Shown here one piece after another: positions 29,070 through 38,320 of a DNA stretch of 64,000 nucleotides. The notes under the pieces are model-generated. The model did not search any database and had not been told where the DNA came from. It was given only the letters and a program-made list of their open reading frames with translations. Made by a program: the position numbers and the translations under genes. Positions within the stretch are counted from its first letter, which is position 1; each line of letters opens with the position of its first letter. Origin of the DNA: Candidatus Latescibacterota bacterium (GTDB lineage Bacteria > Latescibacterota > UBA2968 > UBA8231). The stretch is from contig OZ241362.1 of NCBI GenBank assembly GCA_965200315.1, positions 5,056,001 through 5,120,000 of the forward strand, given 5' to 3'.

Positions 29070-29290
29070 GCCGCTTGCTCCTCGTCCTCCGCGTCTAACT
29101 CGGACGGCCAAGCGTAATTGACCAGCAAGATCATTAGCCCGGTGGCGACCGCGCAGAAGCCGATGTGGTAGAGCAAGCCGATGGGCAGCCCCCAGACGAT
29201 GCGCGGATCGTCCCACAGCCAGAGGTCGTTGTGCAGGAGATAGAGGACTAAAATCCCCAAGTAGAGGAGTCGGCGGACGGTGGCGTTCAC
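29066..29290 (-). CDS. Small two-helix membrane protein (DUF3311-like SSS partner)
   Basis: LHNDLWLW...GLPIGLLY; sits directly upstream of the SSS gene. Confidence 0.75.
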   Translation of the reverse strand: MNATVRRLLYLGILVLYLLHNDLWLWDDPRIVWGLPIGLLYHIGFCAVATGLMILLVNYAWPSELDAEDEEQAA

Positions 29291-29321
29291 GGGGTTGCTC
29301 CTGAAGGTTGCGGGGTTAAGG
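29272..29321 (+). repeat. Direct repeat B, copy 1 (50 bp, perfect)
   Basis: GGCGGACGGTGGCGTTCACGGGGTTGCTCCTGAAGGTTGCGGGGTTAAGG, identical to 31164-31213. Confidence 0.95.
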
Positions 29322-29502
29322 TGTGCAGAGGATGTTGCATAATATCTTCAATGGTTAAAGAATCAACTTCGCAGGGCAGGTATTCCTTGATGGCGACCCC
29401 AGATACGTCATGCCAAAGCCGCCAAACGCCCGCAGCCGATGGCCTTGCGGCAAGGCGTGAAATTTTCAACAAAGTGTCAAGGTCTGTCCAAGGACAGGTC
29501 AC
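29287..29502 (-). CDS. 71-aa chimeric ORF ending in the duplicated halogenase C-terminus (LTPQPSGATP)
   Basis: GTGA overlaps at both ends (29499-29502 and 29287-29290); no recognisable family. Confidence 0.35.
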   Translation of the reverse strand: MTCPWTDLDTLLKISRLAARPSAAGVWRLWHDVSGVAIKEYLPCEVDSLTIEDIMQHPLHTLTPQPSGATP

Positions 29503-31052
29503 GCCTGCGCCACCTCGAAGGCGAATACATTGCGGCTTTGGCGGTTGAACTCCACTGCGATCAAGTGAATCGGCTCGCCCCGGGCGCGGTATTTGTCGGC
29601 GTAAGCTCGCGCCTGCAACTGCGTCATGGCCGAGCCGGTGGTCGCCGCGACGACCTTGAACTCAAACAGGTACACGTTGCCGTTGAACAACACAGCCATA
29701 TCTAGCCGCCCGTGACTGCTGCTGTCCTCCACGACAAGGTCCAACCCCAGCGATGCGAAGTACGAATAGAACACGCTGGCGTAGTAGCCCTCGTAATCGG
29801 CGATAGGATTCTTCGTGTGCCACTGATAGGGGATGCTGGCGAAGAAGGCTTTGAACAGCACCTCCAGCCCGGCGAAATCGTTGACCAACAACAGATCGTA
29901 GAGCCGGGCGCGGTGCTCGACGAGGCGGGAGGAACGCCCCGCCAGATGGCTCAACAGGCTTGCGTTCAAGCTCTGCTGCACCTCCCGATTCGGATAGCCC
30001 AACCGATAGAACATCTGCCCGAAACGCGGCTCGGTCTGGTGAATGGTCAAATAGCCGGTTTGGAACAGCAGCGCTTCGGTGGCGATATCGCCTACGTCGA
30101 AGGTGGATAACAGGTCGTCGCTGCTGAGTAGGTTGTCTAAGGCCAACGCACTGACGGCGCGGTCCACCAACGTTTGGATCAGAAAGGTCGGCGTACCCGT
30201 CTCAAACCAGTAGGCCCCAAACTCGCGGTTTTTGAACAGCAAGAGGATGTCGAAGGGATTGTACACCTTCTCTGCGCCGCGCCAGCTATAGCCGTTATAC
30301 CAGCGGCGTATCTCGTCTCGGTCTAAGCCGGGCAGTTCGGGGGCGAACACGGTGTTGAGGTCGTCGTCGGTATAGCCGCAGAGCGCCGAGTAGCTCGGGT
30401 CGAGGGTGATGTCGGTAAGGTTGTTGAGGCCGGAAAACAAGCTGACCTTGGAGAATTTGCTGACGCCGGTGAGGAAGGTGAACTTGATGTGGGCGTCGCT
30501 GACCTTGATGACCGCATATAGGCCGCGCAGCAAGTCGCGGTTGGCGCGCGCTATCTCCGGGGCCTCCAAGGCGTCGAGGATGGGCTTGTCGTATTCATCG
30601 ACCAGCACCACCACTCGCTGCCCCGCCCGCTCGTGCAGCACCTCGAGCAAATAGGCGAACCGCCCTGCGGCGGTCCTCGCCTCGGCCACCACCCCAGCCC
30701 GGCGTTCGAGGGCGGTCAACTGATCCAAGAGATTCTCTTGCAAGTAGCCCGGTTCCTTAAAGTGGCCGCTGCCAAAATCGAGTCGCAGCACCGGATAGCG
30801 CACCGACCAGTCCCACCGGTCGTGGATGTAAAGCCCGGCAAACAGCGGCTGGTTGCCCTCGAATAGTTCCTTCAGCATGTCCAGAAACAGGCTCTTGCCA
30901 AAGCGACGCGGGCGCGACAAAAAGTAGTGCTTCCCCTCGTTCAACAGCCGCAGTGCGTAGGGTGTTTTATCGACATAGTAGTACGATTCCTCGCGAATCT
31001 CGCGGAAGGTCTGAATGCCGATGGGCAACTTCCGGCGGTTGGCTGGGAGCAT
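29499..31052 (-). CDS. AAA-ATPase_like + PD-(D/E)XK nuclease protein
   Basis: KLPIGIQTF, RPRRFGKSL, LVDEYDKP, YNGY, GRLDM...FEFK. Confidence 0.9.
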   Translation of the reverse strand: MLPANRRKLPIGIQTFREIREESYYYVDKTPYALRLLNEGKHYFLSRPRRFGKSLFLDMLKELFEGNQPLFAGLYIHDRWDWSVRYPVLRLDFGSGHFKEPGYLQENLLDQLTALERRAGVVAEARTAAGRFAYLLEVLHERAGQRVVVLVDEYDKPILDALEAPEIARANRDLLRGLYAVIKVSDAHIKFTFLTGVSKFSKVSLFSGLNNLTDITLDPSYSALCGYTDDDLNTVFAPELPGLDRDEIRRWYNGYSWRGAEKVYNPFDILLLFKNREFGAYWFETGTPTFLIQTLVDRAVSALALDNLLSSDDLLSTFDVGDIATEALLFQTGYLTIHQTEPRFGQMFYRLGYPNREVQQSLNASLLSHLAGRSSRLVEHRARLYDLLLVNDFAGLEVLFKAFFASIPYQWHTKNPIADYEGYYASVFYSYFASLGLDLVVEDSSSHGRLDMAVLFNGNVYLFEFKVVAATTGSAMTQLQARAYADKYRARGEPIHLIAVEFNRQSRNVFAFEVAQA

Positions 31053-31163
31053 AGCGATTGTCTCGTTCTCAACGTTCTGTATGCACATCCCTTGGGGCAA
31101 TGCTCAATGACGGTGTTATGCCGTTTGGTATTATTCCTTGATTCATAAGAGTCGGCTATGATT

Positions 31164-31213
31164 GGCGGACGGTGGCGTTCACGGGGTTGCTCCTGAAGGT
31201 TGCGGGGTTAAGG
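31164..31213 (+). repeat. Direct repeat B, copy 2
   Basis: Identical to 29272-29321; contains the halogenase stop and a stub start (VNATVRQS then stop). Confidence 0.95.
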
Positions 31214-32435
31214 CGATGGCCTCGGGCAGCGGGCAGACCTCGCTCATCGGCCCGAAAATAGGCTCGATGCGTTCGCTGAAGAGGTTGCCGCTGAGTACGT
31301 CGATGACCCCCTGTTTGCATTCGGGATGGCGTTTGAGGAATGCGGCGAAGCTGAAGTCTTTGGAATAGAAGGCGTACACCATTTTGCGCACTGCCTCCAT
31401 GCCGAGTACTAGCTCCGGGCCGAAACCGCCCAACTGCGCGGCCGAAAAGTCTTCTTTGGCAAAGGCTTCGGCGATGGCGTTGGCGGCCATTTCGCCGGAT
31501 TTGAGGGCTAGGTACACGCCCGAGGAATACATCGGGTCGAGAAAACAGAACGCGTCGCCGACCAGCACCCAGCCCTCGCCAGCGATGCGACTGGCGCGGT
31601 AGGAAAAGTCCTTGGTGGTCTTGACTGGGAAGAGTTGCGCGGCGTTTTGCAAGCGCTCCTGCATGGGGCGGCATTTGGCTAACTCTTGCTCGAAGATGGT
31701 CTGCGCGTCTTCGCGGCGGCCTTGAACCAAGTAGGAGATTGCGCCGACCACGCCGACGCTGACCGTATCGTCGGGCAGGGGGATGTACCAGAACCAGGAA
31801 TCCCGGTTCGCGGTGTGGAGAATCAAAGTCGCGCCTTCGTCGATGCCCTCGTCGCGCAGGCCACCGCGATAGTGGGTGTAGATCGAAGCCTTCTTCAGCG
31901 CGGGCTCGGGTTGGGTCAGCTTGAGTTTGCGGCCAATTAGCGCACTCTGGCCGGTGGCATCGACGACGACACGCGCGGTAAAATCGCGGGTTTGGCCGTC
32001 GGCGAGCTTGGCGCGTACGCCAGTGGCGCGATCTCTCTCGAACAGCACTTTGAGGACCCGGGCACCCTGATGCACGTGGGCACCTTTTGCGCGGGCGTTG
32101 TCGAGGAGCATCGCGTCGAATGGGCCGCGCAAGACCTGCCATGTTATGGCGCTTTCGTGGGGGTTGGTGTCGGAAAAGTAAAAGGGCGTTGAGCCGCGAC
32201 CCGACTTGCCGAAAAACTGCACGCTGTGCTTGCGGGGAAAGGCGCTGTCTTTGAGCCGGTCGAGCACGCCGAGCCGTTTGAACGTCCAGTAGGTCTCCGG
32301 CATCAGGGACTCGCCGATTGCGAAGCGGGGAAACTGCTCGCGCTCGAAGAGCTGGACTTGGCGGCCGGTTGCAGCGACGAGGGCGGCTACGGTGCTGCCG
32401 GCCGGGCCACCGCCGATGACGATGACGTCGCTCAC
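31179..32435 (-). CDS. Flavin-dependent halogenase-like oxidoreductase
   Basis: GGGPAG, IGESL, FPRK, DATG, WFWYIPL (WxWxIP), GDA.CFLDPMYSSG. Confidence 0.8.
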   Translation of the reverse strand: MSDVIVIGGGPAGSTVAALVAATGRQVQLFEREQFPRFAIGESLMPETYWTFKRLGVLDRLKDSAFPRKHSVQFFGKSGRGSTPFYFSDTNPHESAITWQVLRGPFDAMLLDNARAKGAHVHQGARVLKVLFERDRATGVRAKLADGQTRDFTARVVVDATGQSALIGRKLKLTQPEPALKKASIYTHYRGGLRDEGIDEGATLILHTANRDSWFWYIPLPDDTVSVGVVGAISYLVQGRREDAQTIFEQELAKCRPMQERLQNAAQLFPVKTTKDFSYRASRIAGEGWVLVGDAFCFLDPMYSSGVYLALKSGEMAANAIAEAFAKEDFSAAQLGGFGPELVLGMEAVRKMVYAFYSKDFSFAAFLKRHPECKQGVIDVLSGNLFSERIEPIFGPMSEVCPLPEAIALTPQPSGATP

Positions 32436-33709
32436 GGGTAGGTCCGGTGATCGGTGACGCGCCGGGCTTTGAGTTCAAAGCGCGGCAGGGTGTTCGGCGC
32501 GGCGATTTGGATGGCGGTGCGCAGGCCCAGCCGGTGGGCGAGGGCACGTGCTACTTGGTCGGCCGTGTCGTCGGCATGGCCGTTGAGCTCTAGGCGCACC
32601 TCCAACTCGTCGAGTGCGTTGCGCCGGTGGATGTCAACGGCGAATTCGGTCACTGTAGGGAACTGGCGCACTACGTTTTCGATGGCACTGGGATAGACGA
32701 CCACGCCGCGGATGAGCAACGCGTCGTCGAGGCGGCCGATGACGCCACCTTGGAGCCGCTGGAAGGTGCGCCCGCAAGCACAGGGCGCGCGATTGAGGGC
32801 GACGCGGTCGCCGGTGCGGTAGCGGATAACCGGCATCCCGGTGCGGCCGAGATTGGTGATGACCAGCTCGCCCGCGTCGGCGGGTGCGCCGCTTTGCGGA
32901 TCGACGATCTCGCAGATGAACTCGCCCTCGTTGAGGTGCAAGCCGGCCTGTTTGTCGCAGTCAAAACCCCAAGCGCCGACCTCGGTGGCCCCGGCGTGGT
33001 CAAAGCAGCGGGCACCCCAAGTGCGTTCGAGTTGGGAGCGGGTAGCGGGGAGGTTTGCGCCCGGCTCGCCCGCGTGGATGGTGGTGTGTACGCTGCTGGC
33101 GGCGAGGTCGATGCCGCGTTCGCGGGCGACTTCGCCTAGGTGCAAGGCATACGTTGGTGTACAGACGAGGACGGTGATTTCGTTCTCGACGATGGCGTCT
33201 AGGCGCTGCGCCGAAGACATGCCACCGCCGGGGACTATTAGTGCGCCGATGTGGCTAGCGCCTTGGTGCCCGCTCCAGAAGCCGATGAAGGGGCCAAAGG
33301 AGAAGGCGAAAAAGATGCGGTCGCGGTCGCCGACGCCAGCGGCGCGATAGACTTGGGCCCAGCAGCAGCCCCACCAGCCCCAGCTCTCGGCTGTGTCGAG
33401 CCAGCGCAGACGCTGGCCGGTGGTGCCGGAGGTCTGGTGGATGCGGGTGTAGCATTCGGGCGGATAGGTGAGGTTGGTGCCATAGGGAGGATGGGCTATT
33501 TGGTCGGCAGAGAGTTCGGCGCGCGTGGTAAAGGGGAGGCGGGCCAAGTCGCTGAGCGCGGCGATGTCTTCGGCCTGCGTGATCCCGACCGCGTTGAGCT
33601 TCTGGCGGTAAAATGCGTTGGTCGCCAGCACTTGGCCCAGCAGGATGTGCAAGCGTTGGAGTTGGTGCTCGGCCAGCGCGTCGCGGCTGAGATGTTCGCC
33701 GGCACTCAC
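32432..33709 (-). CDS. Phenylacetate-CoA ligase (PaaK/F390 synthetase)-family adenylating enzyme
   Basis: TSGTTG, AGEPG, GATEVG, IRYRTGD, CACGR. Confidence 0.85.
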   Translation of the reverse strand: MSAGEHLSRDALAEHQLQRLHILLGQVLATNAFYRQKLNAVGITQAEDIAALSDLARLPFTTRAELSADQIAHPPYGTNLTYPPECYTRIHQTSGTTGQRLRWLDTAESWGWWGCCWAQVYRAAGVGDRDRIFFAFSFGPFIGFWSGHQGASHIGALIVPGGGMSSAQRLDAIVENEITVLVCTPTYALHLGEVARERGIDLAASSVHTTIHAGEPGANLPATRSQLERTWGARCFDHAGATEVGAWGFDCDKQAGLHLNEGEFICEIVDPQSGAPADAGELVITNLGRTGMPVIRYRTGDRVALNRAPCACGRTFQRLQGGVIGRLDDALLIRGVVVYPSAIENVVRQFPTVTEFAVDIHRRNALDELEVRLELNGHADDTADQVARALAHRLGLRTAIQIAAPNTLPRFELKARRVTDHRTYP

Positions 33710-35841
33710 AGCGAATAACCCAAGGTTGCCTTAAAGGAGAACGGGGCCGCCGGGATGACCGAGGCGGCGCCAAACCCTCGGGTCTCGTATTCGCTGCTGG
33801 TCGCGTTCTTGAGGTTTATCCGCAGCAGCCCCGGCCCCTGCCGGTAAGTCAGCCCGCAGTCGAGCGTCAGGGCACCGTCGATCTCATAGACATTGTCCTC
33901 GGCCACGAACTGATTGCCTACGTAACGGATGCCGGTGGCCAAGGTGAGGTTTTCGCCCAAATCGCGGGCGGCCCACAGCGTCAGGAGGTGTGCGGGCGCG
34001 AAGGCTGGCACATTGCCCGTGCGGTCGAAGATTTGGGGGACGAAGCCAGTGGTGGTGGGGATCAGCACGGATTCGCTGAAGCGCGTCAGCTCGGCGTCTA
34101 AAAAGGCATAGGTGCCTTGGGCGTACCAGCCGTGGGCCAGACGCGCTGCCAATTCCAACTCCAAACCCCGGGTGCGCTGGTCGCCGAGTTGCTGGGTGAT
34201 GCCGTTGTCGTCGGGGATGGCGATGTGCTCTTTGTCGAGGTTAAAGACGGCGAGGTTGGCGCTGAGGTTGCCGTTGAGCAGCGCGGCTTTGGCACCGATT
34301 TCGTACTGGGTGCTTTCTTCGGGGTCGCGGTCGCCGACGACTTGAGCAGAAGGCGGGGCAAAGGCGCGGCCCGTATTGGCGTAGAGCGAGAGGGTCTGAG
34401 TGGGAGCGAAGACTGCGCCGAGCATCGGGCTTAGCTGCCGGTACTCGCGCTTAGTGGCAGTGAGCGCGTCCTCGTAGTCGATCCGGTCGAAGCGGCCCCC
34501 GAACAAAAGCTCAAAGTGAGGGCTGAAAATTATGCGATCGACAAAGTAGGGGGCGAGGGATTGGGCGGCGGTTTGGCCGGCCGTCGCTTGGTCGGGGAGG
34601 GGGACCACGAGAGAGTCGGTCCCGGCTTCTGCTGGCATGGAGGGGGCCAAACTCGGCGGCAACGTCGAGTCGAGCGTGAACAGATCGACGAACGAAAGCA
34701 ACGCCACGTCGAGAGTAAAGTCATCCGCGTGGCGGGCGATTTCCAAGCCAAAGAGCAGTTGATGCTCGATACCGCCGGTTTGCAATTTTAGCAGCCCTTC
34801 GAGTTGGTTGCCGACGATCCACTGCTGGTCGTCTAGGTTGAGCAACGTGCGGGCGAGATTAAGCGAACCGGCCGCGTTGGGAAAGGCCCCGTTGAAGAGG
34901 GTCCCCTGCGAGGGCCAGTCGAGGCTGGTGTAGTAGAGTTTGTCGCGCAAGGTGAAATTAGGCGCTAGATGCCATTCGTAATCAGCGCGAAAGCGCCGGA
35001 TGGTCTGTTCGGAAAGATCGAAGGGCGACTGGTATGAGCGGGTGCGTGGCACATCGGGCAGTGTGCCGCCGACGATGGGCAGCCCCGAGTCAGAGCGATG
35101 TTCGCTCGCCAAGTACTCGAAGTCGAGGTGTAGTGTCGAGCGCTCGCCGAGGGCCAACCGCAGCGTTGGGTTTACGGCGACGATCGAGCTGTTTTTGTCG
35201 TCTCGGTAGCTTTCCGCATCTTGCCACAGGGCGTTGAGACGAAAAGCGAGACCTTGGTCTGGCAGGGCGCGGGCGGCATCGAGGGTGGCGCGGTAAGTGG
35301 AGAAGCTCCCTAAGGAAGCGTTGACGCGGGCGAAATCGCTTGCCGGGTCTGGCCGTTTGCGGACCAGGCTGATGGTGCCCGACAGCGGGTTGCCGCCGTA
35401 GAGGAAGGCACCGGGGCCTTTGAGGGCTTCGACGCGAGCAACATTGTAGAGCTGGTAGAAGGTCGCTTCGGGTTCGGGCACTCCGTCGGAGAGGACCAAG
35501 CCGTTGGCGAGCGAGTCGAAGCCACGCAAATAGAACAGGTCGTGGACGCCAAAGTTGGTGTGGACGCCGACGCCGCTGACATTGGCTAGCGCGTCGCTGA
35601 GGGTTGCGCCGTCTTGAGTTTCGATAAGGGCTTGGGGGACGATCCCGACGCTCAAGGGGGTCTTGTGCAGGGGCAGCGGCATTTTGGTGGCGATGGCGTT
35701 GGCGCGGGGGATGGCCAGTCGCGAGCCGGTGACAATGGTCTCGCCGACGACGTGGAGTGAGTCGTCGGCGCTCTGAGCATGGGCGAAGGTTGCCGTCAGC
35801 GATAAGGCAAAAATTAGCAGCGCACCGGACAGATTTCTCAT
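33706..35841 (-). CDS. TonB-dependent receptor (siderophore-receptor-like)
   Basis: Signal peptide; ETIVTG TonB box; plug motifs LRGF and RVEALKGPGAFLYG; C-terminal GYSL. Confidence 0.9.
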   Translation of the reverse strand: MRNLSGALLIFALSLTATFAHAQSADDSLHVVGETIVTGSRLAIPRANAIATKMPLPLHKTPLSVGIVPQALIETQDGATLSDALANVSGVGVHTNFGVHDLFYLRGFDSLANGLVLSDGVPEPEATFYQLYNVARVEALKGPGAFLYGGNPLSGTISLVRKRPDPASDFARVNASLGSFSTYRATLDAARALPDQGLAFRLNALWQDAESYRDDKNSSIVAVNPTLRLALGERSTLHLDFEYLASEHRSDSGLPIVGGTLPDVPRTRSYQSPFDLSEQTIRRFRADYEWHLAPNFTLRDKLYYTSLDWPSQGTLFNGAFPNAAGSLNLARTLLNLDDQQWIVGNQLEGLLKLQTGGIEHQLLFGLEIARHADDFTLDVALLSFVDLFTLDSTLPPSLAPSMPAEAGTDSLVVPLPDQATAGQTAAQSLAPYFVDRIIFSPHFELLFGGRFDRIDYEDALTATKREYRQLSPMLGAVFAPTQTLSLYANTGRAFAPPSAQVVGDRDPEESTQYEIGAKAALLNGNLSANLAVFNLDKEHIAIPDDNGITQQLGDQRTRGLELELAARLAHGWYAQGTYAFLDAELTRFSESVLIPTTTGFVPQIFDRTGNVPAFAPAHLLTLWAARDLGENLTLATGIRYVGNQFVAEDNVYEIDGALTLDCGLTYRQGPGLLRINLKNATSSEYETRGFGAASVIPAAPFSFKATLGYSL

Positions 35842-37082
35842 TGGGCCACTCCCACTATGTTTATGCGGACGATTTCCTTATCGTCGCGGAGGTAAATCCC
35901 ACCGTCGGCGAGCGAGGGGACGGTCCCACATCTGCTGCGGCGGAAGATTGGGATATTGGCCTTTTCGACGAAGCCTGCGGGTGTGGCTTTAGCTATGCCG
36001 AGAAGACAGCGTTCACCCAAGATGACGAGGTGGCCGTCGGCGATGATCAAGGTGCCCTTGCCGTAGCCGCGGGTCTTCCACTTTTCCTCGCCGGTCTCGG
36101 CGTCGAGGCATTTGAGGGTCGAGCCGTCAAAACCGTAGAGGTATCCCTGGTAGTAGATGGAGGTGGCGGAGTGGTTTTGCATGTTATGATTGCGCCAGAC
36201 CTCGGCCACTTCATAGCCCTTGTCTGTGGCTGTGACTTCTACCACAGTGCCGCCCAGACCCTCGCTGGAGGAGATAAAGAAGCGATTAGGCGAGATAAAA
36301 ACCGGGGTGGCAAGGCTGATGTGTTGGGGAGTTATATAGGGATATTTCCACAGCACTCGGCCATTTTGCGGCGCGACCGCGATCAGCCCGTAGCCGGTGA
36401 AAAATACCGCCTGGCGCGTTTGGCCGATGGTGGCGATGATGGGAGAGGAATTTCCTCTCTCATCGCTGCCGGTTTTCCAGGCGACCTCGCCACTGGTTTT
36501 GTCAAAGGCTATCAGCGCATGGCCACTCTTACTGCCCGCTTCGATTAAGACGCGGTCTCCTTCGACTAGCGGCGACGATCCAAAGCCCCGACCGGCCCTG
36601 ATGCCGTCGAACTCGAGCACTATATTGCGGCTCCAGCGTTGAGTGCCGAACTGGCTGTCGAATGCGTGGAGCTTGCCATGGGAGCTGAAGACATAGACCA
36701 TCTTGCCGTCAACCGTGGGGGTGGCACGCGGATTGCCGCCGCGCGATTCCGAGGGATCGTTGCCGGTGGTGCGAGTGCGCCACATCAATTCGCCATTGCG
36801 GGCGTCGAGACAGACTGCGTATTCGTCCCCACTGTAGATGTACATTGTATAGAGGCGATTGCCGACTACGGACAGACCCGAAAAGCCCAGCCCGGCATGG
36901 ACGCGCCAAGACTCTTTAAAAGATGGTGCTTTGCCGAACAGACCCGTCTCTGACGATATGCCATTGCGGTGGGGGCCGAGCCATTGCGGCCAGCCCGTCC
37001 ATTGCCAGTGCGACCAATTTTGGGCCAAGGCCGGCAGGGTGCCTAAGACGAGGGCGAACAGGGCGGTGCCTAAGGTGCTCAC
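35838..37082 (-). CDS. Secreted PQQ-like beta-propeller protein (tandem paralog 3)
   Basis: Signal peptide; WPQWLGP; repeated blades. Confidence 0.88.
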   Translation of the reverse strand: MSTLGTALFALVLGTLPALAQNWSHWQWTGWPQWLGPHRNGISSETGLFGKAPSFKESWRVHAGLGFSGLSVVGNRLYTMYIYSGDEYAVCLDARNGELMWRTRTTGNDPSESRGGNPRATPTVDGKMVYVFSSHGKLHAFDSQFGTQRWSRNIVLEFDGIRAGRGFGSSPLVEGDRVLIEAGSKSGHALIAFDKTSGEVAWKTGSDERGNSSPIIATIGQTRQAVFFTGYGLIAVAPQNGRVLWKYPYITPQHISLATPVFISPNRFFISSSEGLGGTVVEVTATDKGYEVAEVWRNHNMQNHSATSIYYQGYLYGFDGSTLKCLDAETGEEKWKTRGYGKGTLIIADGHLVILGERCLLGIAKATPAGFVEKANIPIFRRSRCGTVPSLADGGIYLRDDKEIVRINIVGVAQ

Positions 37083-38320
37083 TGGGCCGTTCCTTGTATA
37101 GTGAGGCAGACGATTTCCTTATCATCTCGGAGGTACAGCCGGCCATCGGCGAGTGAGGGGGCCGTCCAGCATTTGCTGTGGAGGATTTGGGTGTTCGCCT
37201 TTTCGACGAAGCCTGCGGGCGTAGCTTCGGCTAGGCCGAGATTGCCGCGTTCGCCCAAGATGACGAGGTGGTCGTCGGCCGCGAGCAAGGTGCCCTTGCC
37301 GTAGCCCCGAGCCTTCCACTTTTCCGCGCCGGTCTCGGCGTCGAGGCACTTGAGGATCGAGCCGTCAAAACCGTAGAGATGCCCCTCATAGTAGATGGAG
37401 GTGGCGAAGTGATTTTCCATCTCTTTGTTGCGCCAGACCTCTGCCACCGCATAGCGCCCATCTGTGGCGGAGACCTCCACCACACTGGCACCCGTGCCGT
37501 AGCCGGAGGATATAAAGAAGCGGTTGGGCGGGATGAAGACCGGGGTGGCGGCGTTGACTTCGTGCCTAGTCGTCCAAGGGTGTTTCCACAGCACTTGGCC
37601 GTGTTGCGGCGCGACCGAGATTAGCCCGTTGCCGGTGAAAAACACCGCTTGGCGCGTTTGGCCGATGGTGGTGGTGATGGGAGAGGAATAGCCCAGTTTG
37701 TCGCTGCCGGTTTTCCAGGCGACGTCGCCACTTTTTTTGTCAAAGGCTATCAGCGAATGACCGCCCCTACCGCCGGCTTCGATTAGGACTAGGTCTCCTG
37801 CGACTAGGGGCGACGGGCAAAAGCCCCAGCGGGCCTTCTTGCTGCCGAATTCGCTTACTAGGTCGTGGCTCCATTGTTGCGCTCCGGTTTGGCTGTCGAG
37901 TGCGTAGAGTTTGCCATAGGCGCTAGAGACATAGACCATCCCGTCGTCCACAGTGGGGGTGGCACGCGGGCCGTCGCCGCCTTGCCGTTCCATTAACATA
38001 CCGTCAGTGCGGGTGCGCCACAGCACTTGGCCATTGCTGGCGTCGAGGCAGACTGCGTATTCATCCCCGCTGTGGATGTACATCGTATAGATGCGATTGC
38101 CGACGATGGACAGGCCGGAAAAGCCCTTGCCGCCTTGGATGCGCCAAGATTCTTCAAATGACGGCTCGTCGCCGAATAGGCCGGTTTCTGGCGAGATGCC
38201 GTTGCGGTCGGGGCCGAGCCATTGCGGCCAGCCCGCCCCTTGCCAGCGCGACCAGTCTTGGGCCAAGGTTGGCAAGGCGGATAAGGCGAGGGCTAACAGG
38301 GCGCTGCGTGTGATGCTCAT
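37079..38320 (-). CDS. Secreted PQQ-like beta-propeller protein (tandem paralog 2)
   Basis: WPQWLGP, GPRATP, GYSSP, CWTAP. Confidence 0.88.
   Translation of the reverse strand: MSITRSALLALALSALPTLAQDWSRWQGAGWPQWLGPDRNGISPETGLFGDEPSFEESWRIQGGKGFSGLSIVGNRIYTMYIHSGDEYAVCLDASNGQVLWRTRTDGMLMERQGGDGPRATPTVDDGMVYVSSAYGKLYALDSQTGAQQWSHDLVSEFGSKKARWGFCPSPLVAGDLVLIEAGGRGGHSLIAFDKKSGDVAWKTGSDKLGYSSPITTTIGQTRQAVFFTGNGLISVAPQHGQVLWKHPWTTRHEVNAATPVFIPPNRFFISSGYGTGASVVEVSATDGRYAVAEVWRNKEMENHFATSIYYEGHLYGFDGSILKCLDAETGAEKWKARGYGKGTLLAADDHLVILGERGNLGLAEATPAGFVEKANTQILHSKCWTAPSLADGRLYLRDDKEIVCLTIQGTAQ

Noticed and set aside
29066-29502. RiPP precursor peptide for the radical SAM enzyme
   Set aside because: The 74-aa ORF is a hydrophobic SSS partner and the 71-aa ORF is a chimera made by the duplication; I recognised no RRE or SPASM domain.
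24869-31213. CRISPR array or IS elements
   Set aside because: Each repeat has only two copies, 1.4-1.9 kb apart; no cas or transposase genes.
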